From the NCBI GenBank assembly GCA_964035545.1, contig OZ037771.1, positions 4,413,628 through 4,477,627 on the forward strand: a stretch of 64,000 bases of DNA, in the 5' to 3' direction. Origin of the DNA: Bugula neritina (Eukaryota; Animalia; Bryozoa). Made by a program: the position numbers and the translations under genes. Of the stretch, positions 41,730 through 56,231 are shown one piece after another (position 1 is the stretch's first letter; every line of letters starts with the position of its first letter). Under the pieces are notes generated by a model. The model was not told the DNA's origin, searched no databases, and saw only the letters and a program-made list of their open reading frames with translations.

Positions 41730-42890
41730 ATCAATATGACAATTGTTTGCTAATTATATAAGTTACTAAAAACATTTTTACCTATTGTGCTAATATTATA
41801 TAATGTTATATTTTTGTATTAAGGAGATGAGTGTGTTTAGTTATATCTTGCCCAAAAATTTAGCTGTTTTGTAAAATAACAAAGCTATGATTTCAAACAG
41901 TTAACCATTATGAATGGCTAAACACTCTAGCTGGTTTACATTTTCATATCTTTTAAATTCCTATGTTGATATGATAGGCCATAGTACCCTGCTCTATGCC
42001 GAAAGGGGGACCAAGTTACAAACCTACATCACATTTTTCTATTATAGTTTTGAATATTCTTTAATCTGCAATATTAAAAAGTTGCTCTCTCAATATATAT
42101 AAAAGTAGTATAGTTCAACTTATTTTAATTTATTACAATAGTCAAATGCAGTCTTTTAAGAGTGGCAATGTTGTTATTAACTATATGCAGCAATATTTTG
42201 CTTAATAATGATTGGTTGATAGATCTCCCCCCCCCCTAATCCATTGGGGGGAAGAGTATTTAGTAGACTCGGGGCTGTTCAACAGGCGACCCCAGGGAGA
42301 GCCGGATGTGGCCCCCAGCCTCTATTTATGTGACCTTCAAAGGTATAACAAATAAATTATTTTGCATGCATATTGGAAAAACCAATTTCTAATGCCTTAA
42401 TTATTTGCATACATGCTACAAAAATTATTGGAGCTTCGTTGTGTAATGATTCTCAGAAATTTTAAATAAAGTAGTTTGAAAAATACTGATGCTGTGGCCA
42501 CCAGCTTACGCTAAATTTTACACTGTGGCCCTTGCTACAGAAATATTTCATTTCGGTGGCCCTAGCTCTGAAAAAGTTAGACACCCCGGCTCTAAGTAAA
42601 AAGCACACTATTGTTCAGATTAACAATTACCTATATACTGCAAATTTCATAATGATAGATTACTAGATTGATAGGCTAATTTAAACAGGTCAACCTTAAA
42701 TTAGGTATACATTTTTTTCATGCTACATCTATTATATACAATGATTTATAAAGTTATTTGTTCATGTAACCAATAACAACAGTCTACACTTATTAAGCAC
42801 TACAGACTTTGCATTCTTAAAGTGAGCTCATGCGCATAAAATGCAGCTCATTCCTCCATTGCTTTATTATTCTCCCCCTCCCCCCCCCCC
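41730..42890. repeat. Old interspersed repeat family, internally deleted copy
   Basis: Colinear with 23520-25626 but lacking the SINE and about 700 bp (junction near 42203). Confidence 0.8.
42270..42588. mobile_element. hAT-like MITE
   Basis: CGGGGCTGTTCAAC...GTTAGACACCCCG; paralogue of 25007-25327. Confidence 0.75.
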
Positions 42891-44004
42891 CCAATTAGAA
42901 TATTACTTTTGTTCTCACAAGGGATAGATAGAAGTTATATACAATCTCACATTTGTGGTTCAACAACCATGGAAAATGTTAACAGCATTAGCTTCCTTCG
43001 TCCTCAACAGTGATGCTACACTACATTGAATTAATCTAAACTTGTTATTTAACAGTTATAGGCATGGTAGAAAAAGTATGAAATTTTTAGGATAACAAAT
43101 ATTTATCTAATTAAATTAGAACAAGCCAGTTCTTCAACCAATCTCATGGCAAACTAAATCCAATACAAAGTAAGTTTTCAACCATGGAGTAAAAAACTAT
43201 AGAATTAGGAAAACACAAGCTTGTGGCTAGCATTTGTCAATGAGGGAGTAACTCTTTCTACCATTCAAATAAACTCCTCTCGGCAGATAAATTTTTTAAT
43301 TCCAAATAAGCAGAGTTAATACATATCTTACTTGAAAGTAACACTGTAAACCTGCTATAAATAATATAATAAACAGAATGAGTACAGCACATTGAAGCAA
43401 AGCACATAATTTAATAGTCAACTTATGTTAGGGCTTTTAGCAGCTTCCTAGGCTGTATAAAACTGATCATGTGGAACAATATATCTCTAGAGAGACAGCA
43501 TTTTAACATTCTAACAAATCCTTTGAAAAGAGAAAAAAAAAAAATTTACGCTATTGAACTGTTTAGTGACTGAGCTCATGACATGAAGAAGATGTAGAAA
43601 GGAAATGTCAGTTTGCATAATTTATGTAAAGAGTGAAAGCAGGTCCTTTCGATTAAATTTAAAATGAAATCAGTAGATGTAGGTGCGGTAAAGGAGAAAT
43701 TGAGAAAAGCCTGTGTTCTAAAAGGGAAATGTAGCAAACAAAATAATGTTCTCGCAAGAATGTTGACCATCACCCCAAACCAAATTTTATAAAGAAATTT
43801 AAAAATCGTAGGCTATCTCAATTTCTCCACTACTGCTCCTAAATAAAACAATTGTGACAGCTAGTTGCATAGTTTCAAGATGGTAGCAATAATACGAAAC
43901 ACATTGTAGCTGGCCACATTGCCTAAATTAGAAACACAATAGAAGTAATAATATTTATCTTGAAATCTCAGGGAATATAATTTTAATGGCAATAAACACT
44001 ATAA

Positions 44005-44616
44005 CAACCCGTTGACTGAGTATGTTTGTCAAAAACTAAACGATATAAAAGAATAGATATATAAATGATAAGCATTCATATGTGGTGAAATATAAATAAA
44101 AGGCAGTGCTCACAAAATTAATGTAAACCAAAAGCCATAAAAGTATTTGTTCTTAAAGCAATATTCAGTCTCAGATAATATATATTATGCTTTATAGTGA
44201 CTAGACTCTTTGGTCTTGCATACAGAGTGATCAGTAAATTATATTGAAAAACCAGAGAAAAGAAAATAATGCAATTTTGGTAAGAGTGCTGCCAACTGAT
44301 TCAAATAAATTTATTAAGAGTTTATATACTATATGGTTGTTATTACATGACTAGGCAAAATTATGTTGAATAAACAAAAAAATATTTCTAAAAAAATACG
44401 GCAATGATTGTGTTCCTAAACATAGTAAACATTCACTGAATAGCCTCAGAGTATTAACATAGCCTAGCAGAGGTAGGGCGAAAATGACAGCCACCCCCAC
44501 CACAGATCTAATAGCCAGCAGAAGACAGATGAGTAATGCCTGCTGACGTAATATAGGAGGTTTAATGGGATAATGATCAGGTGATTACTATTGTGAGCAT
44601 CACACAACTAGTTACA
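44005..44616 (-). mobile_element. Diverged LTR relic related to the BEL/Pao element
   Basis: Reverse complement begins TGTAACTAGTTGTGTGATGCTCAC (cf. TGTAACTGGTTGTGTGTTGCCCAC) and shares ACGTCAGCAGGCATTACTCATCTG, GTGAATGTTTACTATGTTT and AATCAGTTGGCAGCACTCTT. The left boundary is approximate. Confidence 0.85.
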
Positions 44617-44958
44617 ACCATTTAAATTATTGTATTTATCTCAGCTGCCATTATGTAAATAATTACTAATCATCTTAAATCTACATAAGTTTTTGTAAGC
44701 CACAGCATCCCAAGGCTTGATATGAATTATGAAAACTATTTTAATTTTGAAAATTGCATATGCTCCGTAAGTTAATTTAAGCCTTCAATATTCATTAGTT
44801 TACGTTGTTTTTGGCCTTAAAAACTCAAGAACGTGAAGTTAGCGTATCTCATAATTTACTTTAACAAAAAACCAACTCAGAATTAGCTGTACAAAAATAC
44901 CCCGGATAGCTAACTCCTATAAAAATAGAACTTGGAGTTGCCCTCATTCAAAATAGAC

Positions 44959-45264
44959 TACCCCATCATTCACACTTATCGCGCCGTAGGCCGTAACAAA
45001 AAATATCAGCCATTTTTAATGTGTCCGGGCTGAAGTTTTCAAATTCCGCTATTAAGTACGATCTATGACACTTCATTGCACAATTATATCCAATGAGTTG
45101 ACGCAAAAGTTTCTCTGCCCAATAGGAACCCGCCGCAACTTATTTGAATCACGCAGTGTTTGATCCTATCGTACCGCAACGCCGTACAGGAAGCTCAGAC
45201 ATTTGTAAGAATGGCTGATATTTGCTGTTACAGCGTACGATACGGTAAGTGTGAATAGGGGGTA
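44959..45264. mobile_element. MITE with degenerate long TIRs
   Basis: TACCCCATCATTCACACTTATCG...AATATCAGCCATT versus AATGGCTGATATTT...CGGTAAGTGTGAATAGGGGGTA. Confidence 0.7.
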
Positions 45265-45429
45265 CTTCTTACAAATTTATTGACCGGTATAGTGACCGTG
45301 ATTACCCATTCGAGCATGAAAATATTGTGATTAATGCCCCAGACGCACTTATTGACCTGTTTACATCAACAGTTAAATGAGCCAAGGTATGAACTTACTT
45401 GACATAAATTTTAACAAAGCATAGTCGGC

Positions 45430-47770
45430 CTGTTTAAGTTATTATTTTGTCAATTAAAAATATGTTTTAAGCTTGTATAGAGAGCTGCTAAAAAAATAAA
45501 ACTCAAAACGTGACTGCCAACACCGGCTTCATTGCGGTAGAAATGGTATAATTTTGGCATCCAACTTCTATCTAAAGCTGTGAATACAAATGAGCTCAAT
45601 TCGCTAAATGCATCGTTCAACTGACTTAAAGCTTTTGAGTCTTTCAAAGAATATAACAGAGAGAAAGTTATATTTAGCACTATGACATTCTAATTATAAC
45701 AGACAAAAACTTAGTGTTCTAGCCCCTAGCATATAATTTCTCGCACAAACAAAACTATAAAAAAAACTAAAACAAAGCAGTATGAATAGGAAAATATCAA
45801 CAAGAATGTCTAAACTTGCCAATGCCCTTATCATGATTTTAAATCTTGAAGCAATTGAAAATATTATGTTTAAGAATAGAAAACAGAACTCAAATCATAG
45901 AAAAGACACCGCGGAGAAAAATATTAAAGCAATGGAGGATATAGCAGGGATGTTTGTGCATGAGTTCACTTTAAGAATATGAAGTTTGTAGTGTTTAATA
46001 CAAGTAGATTGTTGTTATTGGTTACATGAACAAATAGGCTTATAAAGCATTGTATATAATAGATGTTGTCTGAAAAAATGTTTACTTGGTTGACCTGTTT
46101 AAATTAGCCTATCAATCTAGTAATCTATCATTATGAAATTTGCAGTATATAGGTAATTGTTAATCTGAACAATAGTGTGCTTTTTACTTAGAGCCGGGGT
46201 GTCTAATCTTTTCAGAGCTAGGGTCACCGAAATGAAATATTTCTGTGGTGAGGGCCACATTGTAAAATTTAGCTAAGCTGGGAGCATCAGCATTTTTCAA
46301 ATTACATTATTCAAAATTCCTATGAATCATTACACACCGAAACCCCAATAAATTTTGTAGCTTGTATGTATATAAATAAGGCATTGAAAAGTTTTTTTTT
46401 TCAATTTAATTTATATGGGTGCAAAATAGTTTATTTGTTATACCTTTGAGGGCCACATAAATTTAGGCTGGAGGCCACATCTGGTTCTCCCTCGGGTCGC
46501 CTGTTGGACAGCCTTGAGTCTACTAAACACTCCTCCTCCTAAAGAAAAGGGGGATCTATTAACCAATCATTATCAAGCAAACTCTATTTTTATGTATTAC
46601 TTATACATTTAGAATTTTAGATAGATAGCCTGTATAGGAACATTGTGATATTTAACTTCATATTTTGTTGTAAATTTATTTCAATTGATCAAAAATACTC
46701 ATCCCATAATCTTGTTACTGTTTTCATCTTTTTAAGTTTTTTATACTTTATAAAAATATATTGGTAATTCAACTAAAAAGTTTTTAAATAGCTAAGTTAA
46801 AAGGAGAGACAAGTTGCTTTGTTTAACAAAGTTGCGTTTCACTGCACAGAGTTTATTGAAAAAACTTTGTGTGCAGCTAGCTTCCTAGTAAACTTCGTCT
46901 AGATCAGATGAGAAGACATATCGAGCATACAATATTTTAATGAGCAAACATGATAATGCTACTTAATGCTTATATTAGATAAAACACATTTTTGAGCACA
47001 ACAAAGCTTTCATTATTACCATTATTAAATACGTTGCATTAACTTAAAACTGTAACTTTTTAACAAAACTGTCAGACTTTAACAGCTGGTACCATCGCAA
47101 GATTGTTTTTAGAATTTCTATTACATTCCCTTTATGCTATATATACTGTATATAGTTGTAAAACTCAAAGCCTGAGTACTGTGGTATACATTCACTCAAC
47201 TTCTTAGAATACCCAAGTCTTTCAGAATAGCTGTAACAAGCTGTATTTATTCAGTTTTATTCTAAAGTCTCAATAATTAGATGGACAAAATTCCAAGTAA
47301 CATTATTTTTTGAGCAAAATATTGCTGCATGTAGTTAATGACAACATTGCAAATTTTAAAAAGATGTATTTGACTTGTTATAGGTTCAAATAAGTTAAAC
47401 TGCACTGCTTTATATATACATTGAGAGAGCAACTTTTTAATATTGCAGATTAAAGAATATTCAAAACTACAATTGAAAAATGTGGTGCAGGTTTGTAACC
47501 TTGTCCCCCTTTTGGCATAGAGCAGCATACTATATGGCCAATCATATCAACTTAAGAATTTAAAAGATGTAAAAATGAAAGTCAGAGTGTTTAGCCATTT
47601 ATAATGGTTGACTGTTCAAAACCCTAACTCTGTTTTTTTACCCAACGGTTAGTTTTTTGGGCAAGATATAACTAAATACACCAATCTGGTTAATACAAAA
47701 AATAACATAATATAATATTAGCACCTGGGATAAAATTCTTTTAGTGACTTAGCAGACAATTGCCATATTG
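45430..47770. repeat. Old interspersed repeat family, inverted long copy
   Basis: Reverse complement of 23530-25950, 41730-42890 and 12720-14090; contains the hAT-like MITE at 46195-46516. Confidence 0.8.
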
Positions 47771-48917
47771 ATGTGTGTGTGTGCGATTGCTTGCGTGTAC
47801 AATCACAACAGAGAGATAATAGAACTATGAACAGAAGAAAATACACCCACACACTCATTTTGCATTCAATAGTGTTATAAGCTACCCTCAATCTGAAGGT
47901 ATTAATAAATAATAATATGACAACCGTAGCTATTTGCATATATTATGTTTTTTCCATTTACATCACAGTTACCATATTTTCATAGATATATATAAAAGAG
48001 CTAATTATATATGTCTCTTGGGTGTTCAAGGTGCTAGCATATCAAACTTATGTTGCATGGACAGCGTAACTTAAAGAAGACACAATGGTGTAATTTTTTT
48101 CCAATAATTGTACCAAGTTTATAGAAAGTATGATATTAGTAAGTTTACAATTTCCAGAATAAAGGTTGTGACAAATTTTATTATATTGTTTTTTTTTTCA
48201 AACTTTTATTCTTTCAAGCCGCAACTAAAATGTAAAAGCGTTTCATTTAAAAAGACAGTTCAATTTGATCAAAGCAATAACTGAACCAAGTGGTTAGGAT
48301 TAACTGAGGTATGAACTGGTTTATTAGGTCAATTCAATTGGTCATCAACTAATTGGACCAACACTATTAAACATTGAATTTTGAGATAATGTCAAAGACG
48401 TATTGTTGCTACAACAAATGTAATGTTAGTTTACATATGGTTATGAGCACATGCAGTAACTTTCCTTAATTTACAAACACAATTTAGGTGCAAGTTGAGT
48501 GTAGATGCAAAATCCAATATTTTATAAACTTGCATCTTTTGTGAAAGAACAAACTCGGTCAAGCTGGTTTATTTTTAGTATAATGTTCAAAATATTGACC
48601 TAACTGCAATAACATTGATGCAATAAACTGCATTATTGCATATACTTATTAGAAAAGCAGAACATTGTACAAAAGCCATTTTATCTAAAATAATTGTATG
48701 CGTGCATTTTTACATAAGGTTTACTTGAAAAATTATTTTAGCAATATCAACACAAATATGTTTGGTAGTCATAACAAATTGTTTCAATACATTTAGGACC
48801 GATTTGCACACGTATATCTTACCGCACATTGAAATATGACTTATTGTGTTTATTAAACAAAACATACCTTCTCTTAGTAACTGTAACTCATCACTACAAC
48901 AACTAATAAACTTTGAA

Positions 48918-48951
48918 TATAATTGTCTGAGTTTTGAAAAATACTTCAGTC
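48918..48951 (+). promoter_or_regulatory. Putative core promoter (TATA-like + Inr) of paralogue 3
   Basis: TATAAT at 48918, A of TCAGTC at 48948. Confidence 0.6.
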
Positions 48952-49072
48952 TGGGAGAAGATTTAAGAAAAGCAAGTACTACTTTAGAGTTGTGCAGCTC
49001 GAAAATATAGAACAGCATCTCAGGTACAAAACATTAATAATACTTATTACATTAATAATACTTATTACATTT

Positions 49073-49269
<197 letters not shown>

Positions 49270-49320
49270 GTATTCAGTTTTATTTATTATATTAGACAGA
49301 ACACAAAGAGACACTGAATA

Positions 49321-52300
49321 ATGAGGCATCAAAGGAAGCTGCATTTGCTATCTACCTTTTTAGTGCTCAACTGTAAGTTCATACTTTTTTCTGCTTTAAA
49401 AGTCTTTTTTGCTGTCTGGTCAACATCAAGTTAAAAAAATAAATTATAAGTTTAAATTTTATATAATATCTTTATTTATAATATTTTTATTTTCAAGATC
49501 AGTCAAATTTTATGCATATATGCTTTGTGTTATTAAACTTTTACTTGTGGAAATAGTTACTTACAAATATTAAGCTACTAATTATTATTATGAAATACTT
49601 GATGTATTCATAGCAAAGTTGACTTGAAATACTTTGTTTAACGTGACATATTTAACCTTGCTTGAGGTGCATAATTCAATTTGACCCTCAATTTATATTG
49701 AATCACAAATATTGTCATAAATAGTTGAAAACTTGATAGGTTTAAGTTATGGTAGTGCAACATAAGTCAGCTTTCTCCTATCCTAAGAAAACCTAATACC
49801 TAAAATTTAAAACAACAATATTATGTGCAGGATGTAGTTATTATAATGAGTATATTATAATATTATATTTTTATTGTATGGATTTCTCACATTTTATTCT
49901 CTTAACATAAGTTATATACTTACCATATACCTGTTGAAGATCTGTTATACACCGATTATGTAATTATTATAATGTATTTATTATTAATTATTATAATTAC
50001 AATAAAAATAGTAATTTTTCACTATTATTTAAATTAATATTGTTATCATCATACCCATTGATCTCATCATTGTCCACAGTAAGCTACTGCTTCCTGTCTT
50101 TCAGTGTAAATGTAACATAGGAAAGACATTGTATTGCAAGAAAAATAGAAATGTAAATAAGTGAGAGAGCTGTAGAAATGATCTTCAGTAACTGTGTTAT
50201 TGCCGCTCTGCATTGATAACGTGCAATAACACTAGGTGTTTGACCAAAATTTGGACATAGTACCTGTAGATCTCAGTGATAATTTTTCATTAACCTCTCT
50301 TACACAACCGGTACTGTTTCCTGAAGACACTTTGATTTTCTTTCTAGATTTCATGTTGTTGGTCTTTTTAAATTCCCAATTGTGTTGTTTATTGACAAAA
50401 TATAGGTTCACTAATCATTAGTAATACTATCAAAAATATACCCATATAGGCATAAGGCCTAAAACAATCTATTTTTTTCTAGACCAGATGGCGTATGGGA
50501 CCGTATGGGTACCACTACATTCCTGATTATATACCTGTCGTAAAACTGTCTAATGCCTGTTATAAAATACCTATTTTTTAAAATGAATGTATAGATTTGA
50601 TTGATTGAAAAACAACTCAACCGTCAAAAACCTGTGATGCACCATTTAAGTTTTATTAAGATAAACTCATTTTGCAAATCTAATTATTTTAGGATTTTAT
50701 ATTTATTGTTTTAAGATAAATGATGTGCTTGTATTATAGTTATAGATTGATATATATTTTAGTGCTCATAGGAGACGTAACGTCAGTGCTATGTACTGGT
50801 AAACCAGAGCTGCGGTTTGGCAGAGATGTTGGCTGCCTTTCCATAGCGTATAATCAAAACCTCTTGAAAACGCCTTCTTGTCTGTCAGCTGAACGAGACA
50901 GCACATCACAAACATGCTCAACTGAAGGCTCCTGTACTGTGAGTAAACATCCTGTCATAATATCAATAGACATAGAAAATATTAGATGTTAACTGTTACT
51001 GTAAAGATTTTAAGCAAATTAAAAATAGTAAGGGGGGGTGCAAACGTGCAAAAATGGGCGAGCGAAGCACATTGATGCCAACCTTTTTGACTAAAATACA
51101 TTTATATCACTTCGAAGCCAACATTCTACTAATTTCAAATCTACAAGTAACTTTTTTGTATCTAAAGAAGGGGGTTCTCGCTTGAAAGAAAGGAATTATA
51201 CAGGGGTTGGCTAATTTTTAAGGGAGCATCATGAAATTTTAAATATATAATTATTTGATTCATTTAGGTTTAATGTTCAAAATAGAACATGATAATGTGC
51301 ACACTTTCCAAAAATAATGTTTAAACATTCCAATAACTGGTTGGGTTTTATTTTGTATACTTTATAATGCATCATAATGCTTTAATACAATTACTGAAGT
51401 TAAATGCTGTTTGATTTAGTTTTATTTCTGCAGACTCACTCCGTTAACTAAATGTACATAATAATAATATAATTTACAGGAAATCAACGTACGGCTTGTT
51501 GAAGGGCAATTTCAAGAAACTGAGAACATGGTGTGGACATTTGCTGGCTGCTTTGAACAAACTATGGAAGTAGAAGTCTGTAGAGAGAGACCTGTGTGTA
51601 AGTGTTTCAATATATACAATTTTATGCTAAAAACGTGAAAAAAGCTTACTCACCTAAAAACTTCTACTTTGATTTCATTTATTTTCATATGTCTGATAGT
51701 TCACCTAAAATGCTGTTAAATAAAGAATGTACGTAGAATACCAGCAATAAACTAAAAGAGAAAATTTAGAGCATGTGGTTCAGCTGGACCACCAAACACC
51801 ACCAATCACCACCAATCACCGACACCAATGTTTTAACTGTCTGTATATAATGATGGATAAGATGCAACGCCTTGAATTAATACAATTGTTGTTACACAAA
51901 AATGCATAACTTGTAAGTTAAGATGATAAATTATGGGAAAAAATATTAAGAATAATAAAATAATTTTAAATTATTAATTTAATTTATATTCCAACTGTCT
52001 ATATGCTGCACATAATTGCACCCATGCAGAAATACCTTACATTCCATTGCTGGACTAATAAAATACAGTATTCGAATTTTTATTTAATAGATACCGCAAC
52101 AACTACCACAACAATGTCAACAACGACAACAACCCCAACTACTACAACAACTCCAACTACAACAACAACACCAACCACTACAACAACACCAACCACTACA
52201 ACAACACCAACCACTACAACAACGCCAACTACGACAACAACACCAACCACTACAACAACACCAACTACCACAACAACCCCAACCACTACAACAACAGCAA

Positions 52301-55009
52301 CTACAACAACAACACCAACTACTACAACAACCCCAACCACTACAACAACTCCAACTACAACAACAACCCCAACTACTACAACAACAGCAACTACCACAAC
52401 AACACCAACCACTACAACAACACCAACTACCACAACAACCCCAACCACTACAACAACACCAACTACTACAACAACCCCAACTACTACAACAACCCCAACT
52501 ACCACAACAACACCAACTACAACAACAACACCAACCACTACAACAACCCCAACTACAACAACAACACCAACCACTACAACAACACCAACCACTACAACAA
52601 CACCAACTACCACAACAACCCCAACCACTACAACAACACCAACTACTACAACAACCCCAACTACTACAACAACCCCAACTACCACAACAACACCAACTAC
52701 AACAACAACACCAACCACTACAACAACCCCAACTACAACAACAACACCAACCACTACAACAACACCAACCACTACAACAACACCAACTACCACAACAACC
52801 CCAACCACTACAACAACACCAACTACTACAACAACCCCAACTACTACAACAACCCCAACTACCACAACAACACCAACTACAACAACAACGCCAACTACAA
52901 CAACAACACCAACCACTACAACAACCCCAACTACAACAACAACACCAACCACTACAACAACACCAACCACTACAACAACCCCAACTACTACAACAACAGC
53001 AACTACTACAACAACCCCAACTACTACAACAACCCCAACCACTACAACAACAGCAACTACAACAACAACACCAACTACCACAACAACCCCAACTACAACA
53101 ACAACACCAACTACAACAACAACCCCAACCACTACAACAACAGCAACTACCACAACAACCCCAACCACTACAACAACAGCAACTACAACCACAACACCAA
53201 CTACTACAACAACAGCAACTACTACAACAACAGCAACTACTACAACAACACCAACTACTACAACAACCTCAACTACTACAACAACCCCAACCACTACAAC
53301 AACAGCAACTACAACAACAACACCAACTACTACAACAACCTCAACTACTACAGCAACCCCAACTACTACAACAACACCAACTACAACCACAACACCAACT
53401 ACTACAACAACCCCAACTACTACAACAACAGCAACTACTACAACAACCTCAACTACTACAACAACCCCAACCACTACAACAACACCAACCACTACAACAA
53501 CACCAACTACTACAACAACGCCAACTACAACAACAACACCAACCACCACAACAACGCCAAGTACCACTACAACAACAACGCCATCTACAACAACACCAAC
53601 CACCACAACAACGCCAAGTACCACTACAACAACAACGCCAACTACCACCACAGGTAACAATACAATGACTAATAAATTTTATAAACAATATATAGTTGAA
53701 AAATATGTTTTATGAGAAATAGTGCCCATCAAATTAAAAGTAGTTCAAGTGGGAATGATAATAACAAAAAGTTTTTGGTAACTTTTAGAGCCACTGCCAG
53801 AGTTTGACGGATGTTTCACCGGAAATGTAACCTTTACGAGCTCAAATTGTTCAACTCAGTCTGTCATCACTACATTGACTAATGGCACCTTAAATATCGC
53901 TGTGGAATTCCAAGTAGTTGGTTGCTGCTCAGAAGACAACTGCCAACCCGAAGAAGGCAAAGCTGGTAAATATTTCAACTGTTTTACTGCTGTTGATGTT
54001 CTCTGAAACAGTCATTCAAAAGAAAGCTTTGAATGCTTTTTATTGTTTCATCAGACAGTATAGCTCCCACAATATTGTTTGAACAAATATCTACCTATAC
54101 CTATAAATAGAAGGATTAAAGGCCATGCATGCAGTTGCAGTAGCAGAGTAGCACAGGGGTATATAGTATGATATTTAGCTTACTTTCTAGCAACACCTCA
54201 TTTATGTTTTGATTTGGTTTTTAGGCGAAAGAGCGTGTAATTATGGCACAGGCGATGATGTATCGCAAACCTACTGCCCTGATGCGTGTTATACCCTTGT
54301 GTCCATTGACGAAAACTCTGTTGAAGTGTATGTTAAGAGTATATCGTATATCCTTTAAACATTTCTTTTACAAAGCTTTCATCATTTTACTATACCAAAC
54401 ATTAGTAACAAGTTTTATAATATATAGCAGTTGTTTTGCCATGTCAAGCACATCATGCAAGAAATATTATAAAATAGTATTGTGGTCTCACTAACCCATT
54501 GCATTGCAGTAATTGAAACTTTAATTTTAGAGCGAAACATGGCTGTCTAATCGATGTCGCTTCACCAGGAACAGCATTTACGGATGTCACAGAATGTACT
54601 GACAAATATAAAGCTGGAAGCTGTCTGAATGCGAACAATGAGGAGGTATGCGTATACAAAAACTATATATTTAAAATAACTGAGTCAGTTTTATAATAGT
54701 TTTGCATACATCCAGAGTTTTGGCTATTTTTTGTGACTTATCTTATATTTATTAACCTTTGCTGTTTAACATTTCTAAATTTTTTCTCTATTTTATCTAG
54801 AAGTTTCAAAATGCCTTTAATAAATAACTTTTTGCATACTACTATTTTCGCAGGAATGCTTTACATGCTGTACCACTGATAACTGCAACACGAAAAACAC
54901 CAAAGCAGAAATTTTTGGCACTGAAGATACTGATGAGGACAGCAGCTCTGTAGCGGTTATTCCGTCTCTTCTCCTATTGTCGATCTCCTACCTAATTGGT
55001 CAACAGTAA
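49321..55009 (+). CDS. GPI-anchored Ly6/uPAR-like mucin protein, paralogue 3, about 819 aa
   Basis: Exons 49321-49372, 50763-50938, 51480-51597, 52091-53653, 53789-53965, 54225-54327, 54531-54645, 54854-55009; mucin exon 521 codons with P-to-A/S variants. Confidence 0.9.
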
Positions 55010-56069
55010 TAAAATGATGACCAATTGATGCATAGTATTGTTTTAAATTATTTTCACTTTGTAATACATAATATAACAAATTAGTTAGACATCTATAATA
55101 AAAAAACCCATATAAGCATTTCTATTCACTTTATAAAAGTTATAGCTTTGTTTCACAAAACTATCAAGTGTATAATTTTATAAAGTGCTATAATAATACT
55201 TTAAGATTTGTCTGGATTGATGCAAATTTTGTTTAATGTATTTTTTATTATATTTTGTATTTCTTTACTTTTGTATTTCATCAACTTTTGACTGCCGGTG
55301 GTTGTCTTCCCTTCTGCAAACACTTTACTCCAAGACATTTGCTTTTCTATCGCCAACTCCTATTGGACTGTTGCAGCTGATGAAGAGCTGAATGCTTTGA
55401 TATGATGTTTAGAAGCTGAAAGAGAAATTTTATGACTGAATAATTATTAAGAGAATTTCTATGACTTTAGCTCTAACTGAATGTATTGAGCTCATTTGCT
55501 TTCAATAAAAATATATAAAAAATATTTTCTTCTTTTTAATGAAATTGTCAAATTAAACTCTGCCGTGCATCATGTGTTTTTAACGCAACACGCAACACAA
55601 ACATACACATATGCATATATGAGTACAACGCACACACAAACACAAACACACACCCAAACAAACACACATACTGATGCACGCACTCACACAAGCACGCGCA
55701 CACACAAAAGTTTTATTTGCATTATCCAACTTGGAACACTGCTGAAAAATCTATGTGGGGTCATTGAAGCATATGCTCAAGAAATGTACTACAATAGAAT
55801 CAAATGCATTAAGATTTCAAACGGTACTCAAATAAAAACAAATAAACTGACACTATGGAGTGCAATAGGTGTATATTTATTCATTAATCTGTTCTGTGAA
55901 GTTGAATAAATTATGACGGATAAAATTGATGCAGTCACAATAATATATTAAGGATGAGTGAAGCTAGAGAAGACAACTACCAAGTTTTAAAACACAAGCT
56001 GTACACAGCATAACTGACTTTCAGCGTTTATATTGAAGACTAAATACATATTTACACATTTTCATATTT

Positions 56070-56143
56070 TCACTTATCTCTTGTATGGTCACCTTTCACC
56101 GCCGTGGTCCTGCGCGGGTGGCGGTCACTTATCTCTTGTATGG
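56070..56143. mobile_element. 36-nt GC-rich insert between 19-bp direct repeats (probable 5'-truncated retroposon tip)
   Basis: TCACTTATCTCTTGTATGG at 56070-56088 and 56125-56143 flanks TCACCTTTCACCGCCGTGGTCCTGCGCGGGTGGCGG. Confidence 0.65.
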
Positions 56144-56231
56144 CTCATTATAATTATTATTACATCTGGTGATGTGTGCCAATAGTTGCCGGAAAACATA
56201 TTGTGTGGCAGAATATAGAGAAACAACCAGT

